NCBI RefSeq assembly: GCF_022347745.1
Contig: NZ_JAKRGC010000008.1
Span: 26,630 to 50,629 of the forward strand
Source: Streptomyces sp. OfavH-34-F
GTDB lineage: Bacteria; Actinomycetota; Actinomycetes; Streptomycetales; Streptomycetaceae
Direction of reading: 5' to 3'
Length of the DNA: 24,000 nt
Positions 22,951 to 24,000 of the stretch are shown piece by piece. Position 1 is the first letter of the stretch; each line of letters starts with the position of its first letter. Below the pieces are notes generated by a model that worked only from the letters and a program-made list of their open reading frames with translations, ran no database searches and had not been told where the DNA came from. Made by a program: the position numbers and the translations under genes.

Positions 22951-23523
22951 ATGTCCAAGGTTCTTACGTTCAGGCCGGAGCGCCTCAAGGCGACGCCGCG
23001 TGGACCCGTCGCAACCACCGTCGGTGTTCTGCTGCTGACACTCGGCCTCAGCGGCACGCTGACGACCCCCGCTTCGGCGAGCGGCACGTACCACGGGGGC
23101 GCCTACGTCACCGCTTCCACGAAGACGGACTTCATGGGACACAACGCGTCGTGGGGGGACGAAGGCGTGGTGAACCTCTCGAAGAACACGCACTCGAACG
23201 CCACGTGCCTGTGGCAGAAGATCCTGTGGGCCGACGGCCTGCTGGCAGCCTCGGGCATCGACGGTCACTTCGGCCCCAACACCGCATACGCCACGAACAA
23301 GTGGCAGCAGCGCAACGGACTCGCCGCCGACAGTTCGGCAGGCAGCCAGTCCTGGGGTACTGCCGGTCTGGCCCTGGTGGACACGAACGGTGACGGCCAC
23401 ACAGACACCTACGACGGCGCCGTGCGTGACTTCGCGTTCATGGTCACGAGCGGAATCCAGTACTTCCACGATGGCAAGGGGATCAAGCGGGCGGCCTCGT
23501 ACAACAGCAACACCTGCAGCTGA
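22951..23523 (+). CDS. Secreted protein with peptidoglycan-binding (PG_binding_1-like) domain
   Basis: AGGAGG at 22939-22944. Signal peptide ...VGVLLLTLGLSGTLTTPASA. PG-binding-like repeat CLWQKILWADGLL...IDGHFGPNTAYATNKWQQRNGLAAD. DTNGDGHTDTYDG resembles a calcium-binding DxDxDG loop. Confidence 0.7.
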   Translation: MSKVLTFRPERLKATPRGPVATTVGVLLLTLGLSGTLTTPASASGTYHGGAYVTASTKTDFMGHNASWGDEGVVNLSKNTHSNATCLWQKILWADGLLAASGIDGHFGPNTAYATNKWQQRNGLAADSSAGSQSWGTAGLALVDTNGDGHTDTYDGAVRDFAFMVTSGIQYFHDGKGIKRAASYNSNTCS

Positions 23524-23640
23524 TCTCTGCCTTGCCCAGAGTCCGGACGGGTGGTCAGGGTTCGTCACCTCGCGCCGCATGTCCCCGCTCGCTCGATCCG
23601 GCGTTCTGCTATCCGGGCGATTCCCCGGCAGTGTTTTCAG

Positions 23641-23907
23641 GTGATCATCGCTGGTGGATCATGGCGCCGTGAAACGTCGCCTTGAATTGTTCCATGTCGA
23701 TAGGGAGTTCGTCCGGCCGTCGCCGCCCCAGTCATGAAGGGGGGCGGAAACGGCCGGACGATCGCAGGGTCCTGAACGGAACCGTGTGGAGCCACGTCGT
23801 GGAGGGGTGCCTCAACCGTCCGGAACAGTGGCGCGGCATTGCTACCCGCCGTGACGAGACCACCCGGTCCTGCCGTCACTCTCGCCCCACTCCTGAAGTG
23901 GGCGTGA
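23641..23907 (+). pseudogene. Internally deleted, frameshifted IS5-family transposase remnant
   Basis: Reading 23733-23789 gives HEGGRKRPDDRRVLNGTVW (N-terminal DUF4096 region). The same frame then runs into ...CLNRPEQWRGIATRRDETTRS, the conserved C-terminal NRLKQWRGIATRYDKT block. A frame shift then gives VTLAPLLKWA-stop (TGA 23905-23907). The DDE core is absent. Confidence 0.6.
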
Positions 23908-24000
23908 CAGGTGAAGACACCGCCCGGGCCCGCAGTTCCCACTGCTCCTTCGTGATCTCGTACCGCACACCCCCGTGCTCGGAACCCTCGACCGCCCTCA

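Noticed and set aside
23637-23942. 101-aa minus-strand ORF at the right end
   Set aside because: The opposite strand carries recognisable, though decayed, IS5-family transposase segments. The minus-strand text has no motif.
1-24000. Search for CRISPR arrays, tRNA/rRNA genes and riboswitch-like leaders
   Set aside because: I found no regularly spaced direct repeats, no cloverleaf-compatible 70-90-nt segments, and no rRNA-like stretches by eye. Long intergenic regions (5818-6208, 10765-11053, 22225-22598) showed no motif I can assign to a known riboswitch. A covariance-model scan would be needed for certainty.

Overview
High-GC actinomycete (Streptomyces-like) chromosomal DNA with strong GC3 codon bias and the usual long antisense shadow ORFs. 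It divides into three parts. (1) 1-11.7 kb holds ordinary genes: an Lrp/AsnC regulator fragment, a secreted S1 trypsin-like protease, a secreted cyclophilin, a translationally coupled beta-phosphoglucomutase/GH65 phosphorylase pair, an SDR, a divergent XRE-cupin regulator and epoxide hydrolase, a methyltransferase-RsgA operon, and one conserved hypothetical. Several strong GC hairpins sit after the genes. (2) 11.8-19.6 kb holds the main item, a complete co-directional eight-gene cluster. Its products match, one for one, the function-unknown E. coli yhfS-yhfZ/php locus: YhfZ regulator, stand-alone PRD protein YhfY, DUF2620 YhfU, membrane protein YhfT, phosphotriesterase-homology protein Php, two PLP enzymes YhfS and YhfX, and phosphopentomutase-like YhfW. 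An AT-rich promoter/operator box occurs twice, in front of yhfZ and in front of yhfY. (3) 19.6-24.0 kb is a visibly less GC-rich islet that begins 1 nt after the yhfW stop codon. It contains a decayed IS5-family fragment, a C-terminally truncated IS630 transposase, a small S24/S26-fold protein, an orphan SUKH/SMI1-KNR4-like immunity-type protein, a small membrane protein, a small secreted peptide, a secreted peptidoglycan-binding-domain protein, and a second decayed IS5-family remnant. I recognised no rRNA, tRNA or CRISPR array. All family assignments come from reading the translations and motifs from memory; no database search was run.
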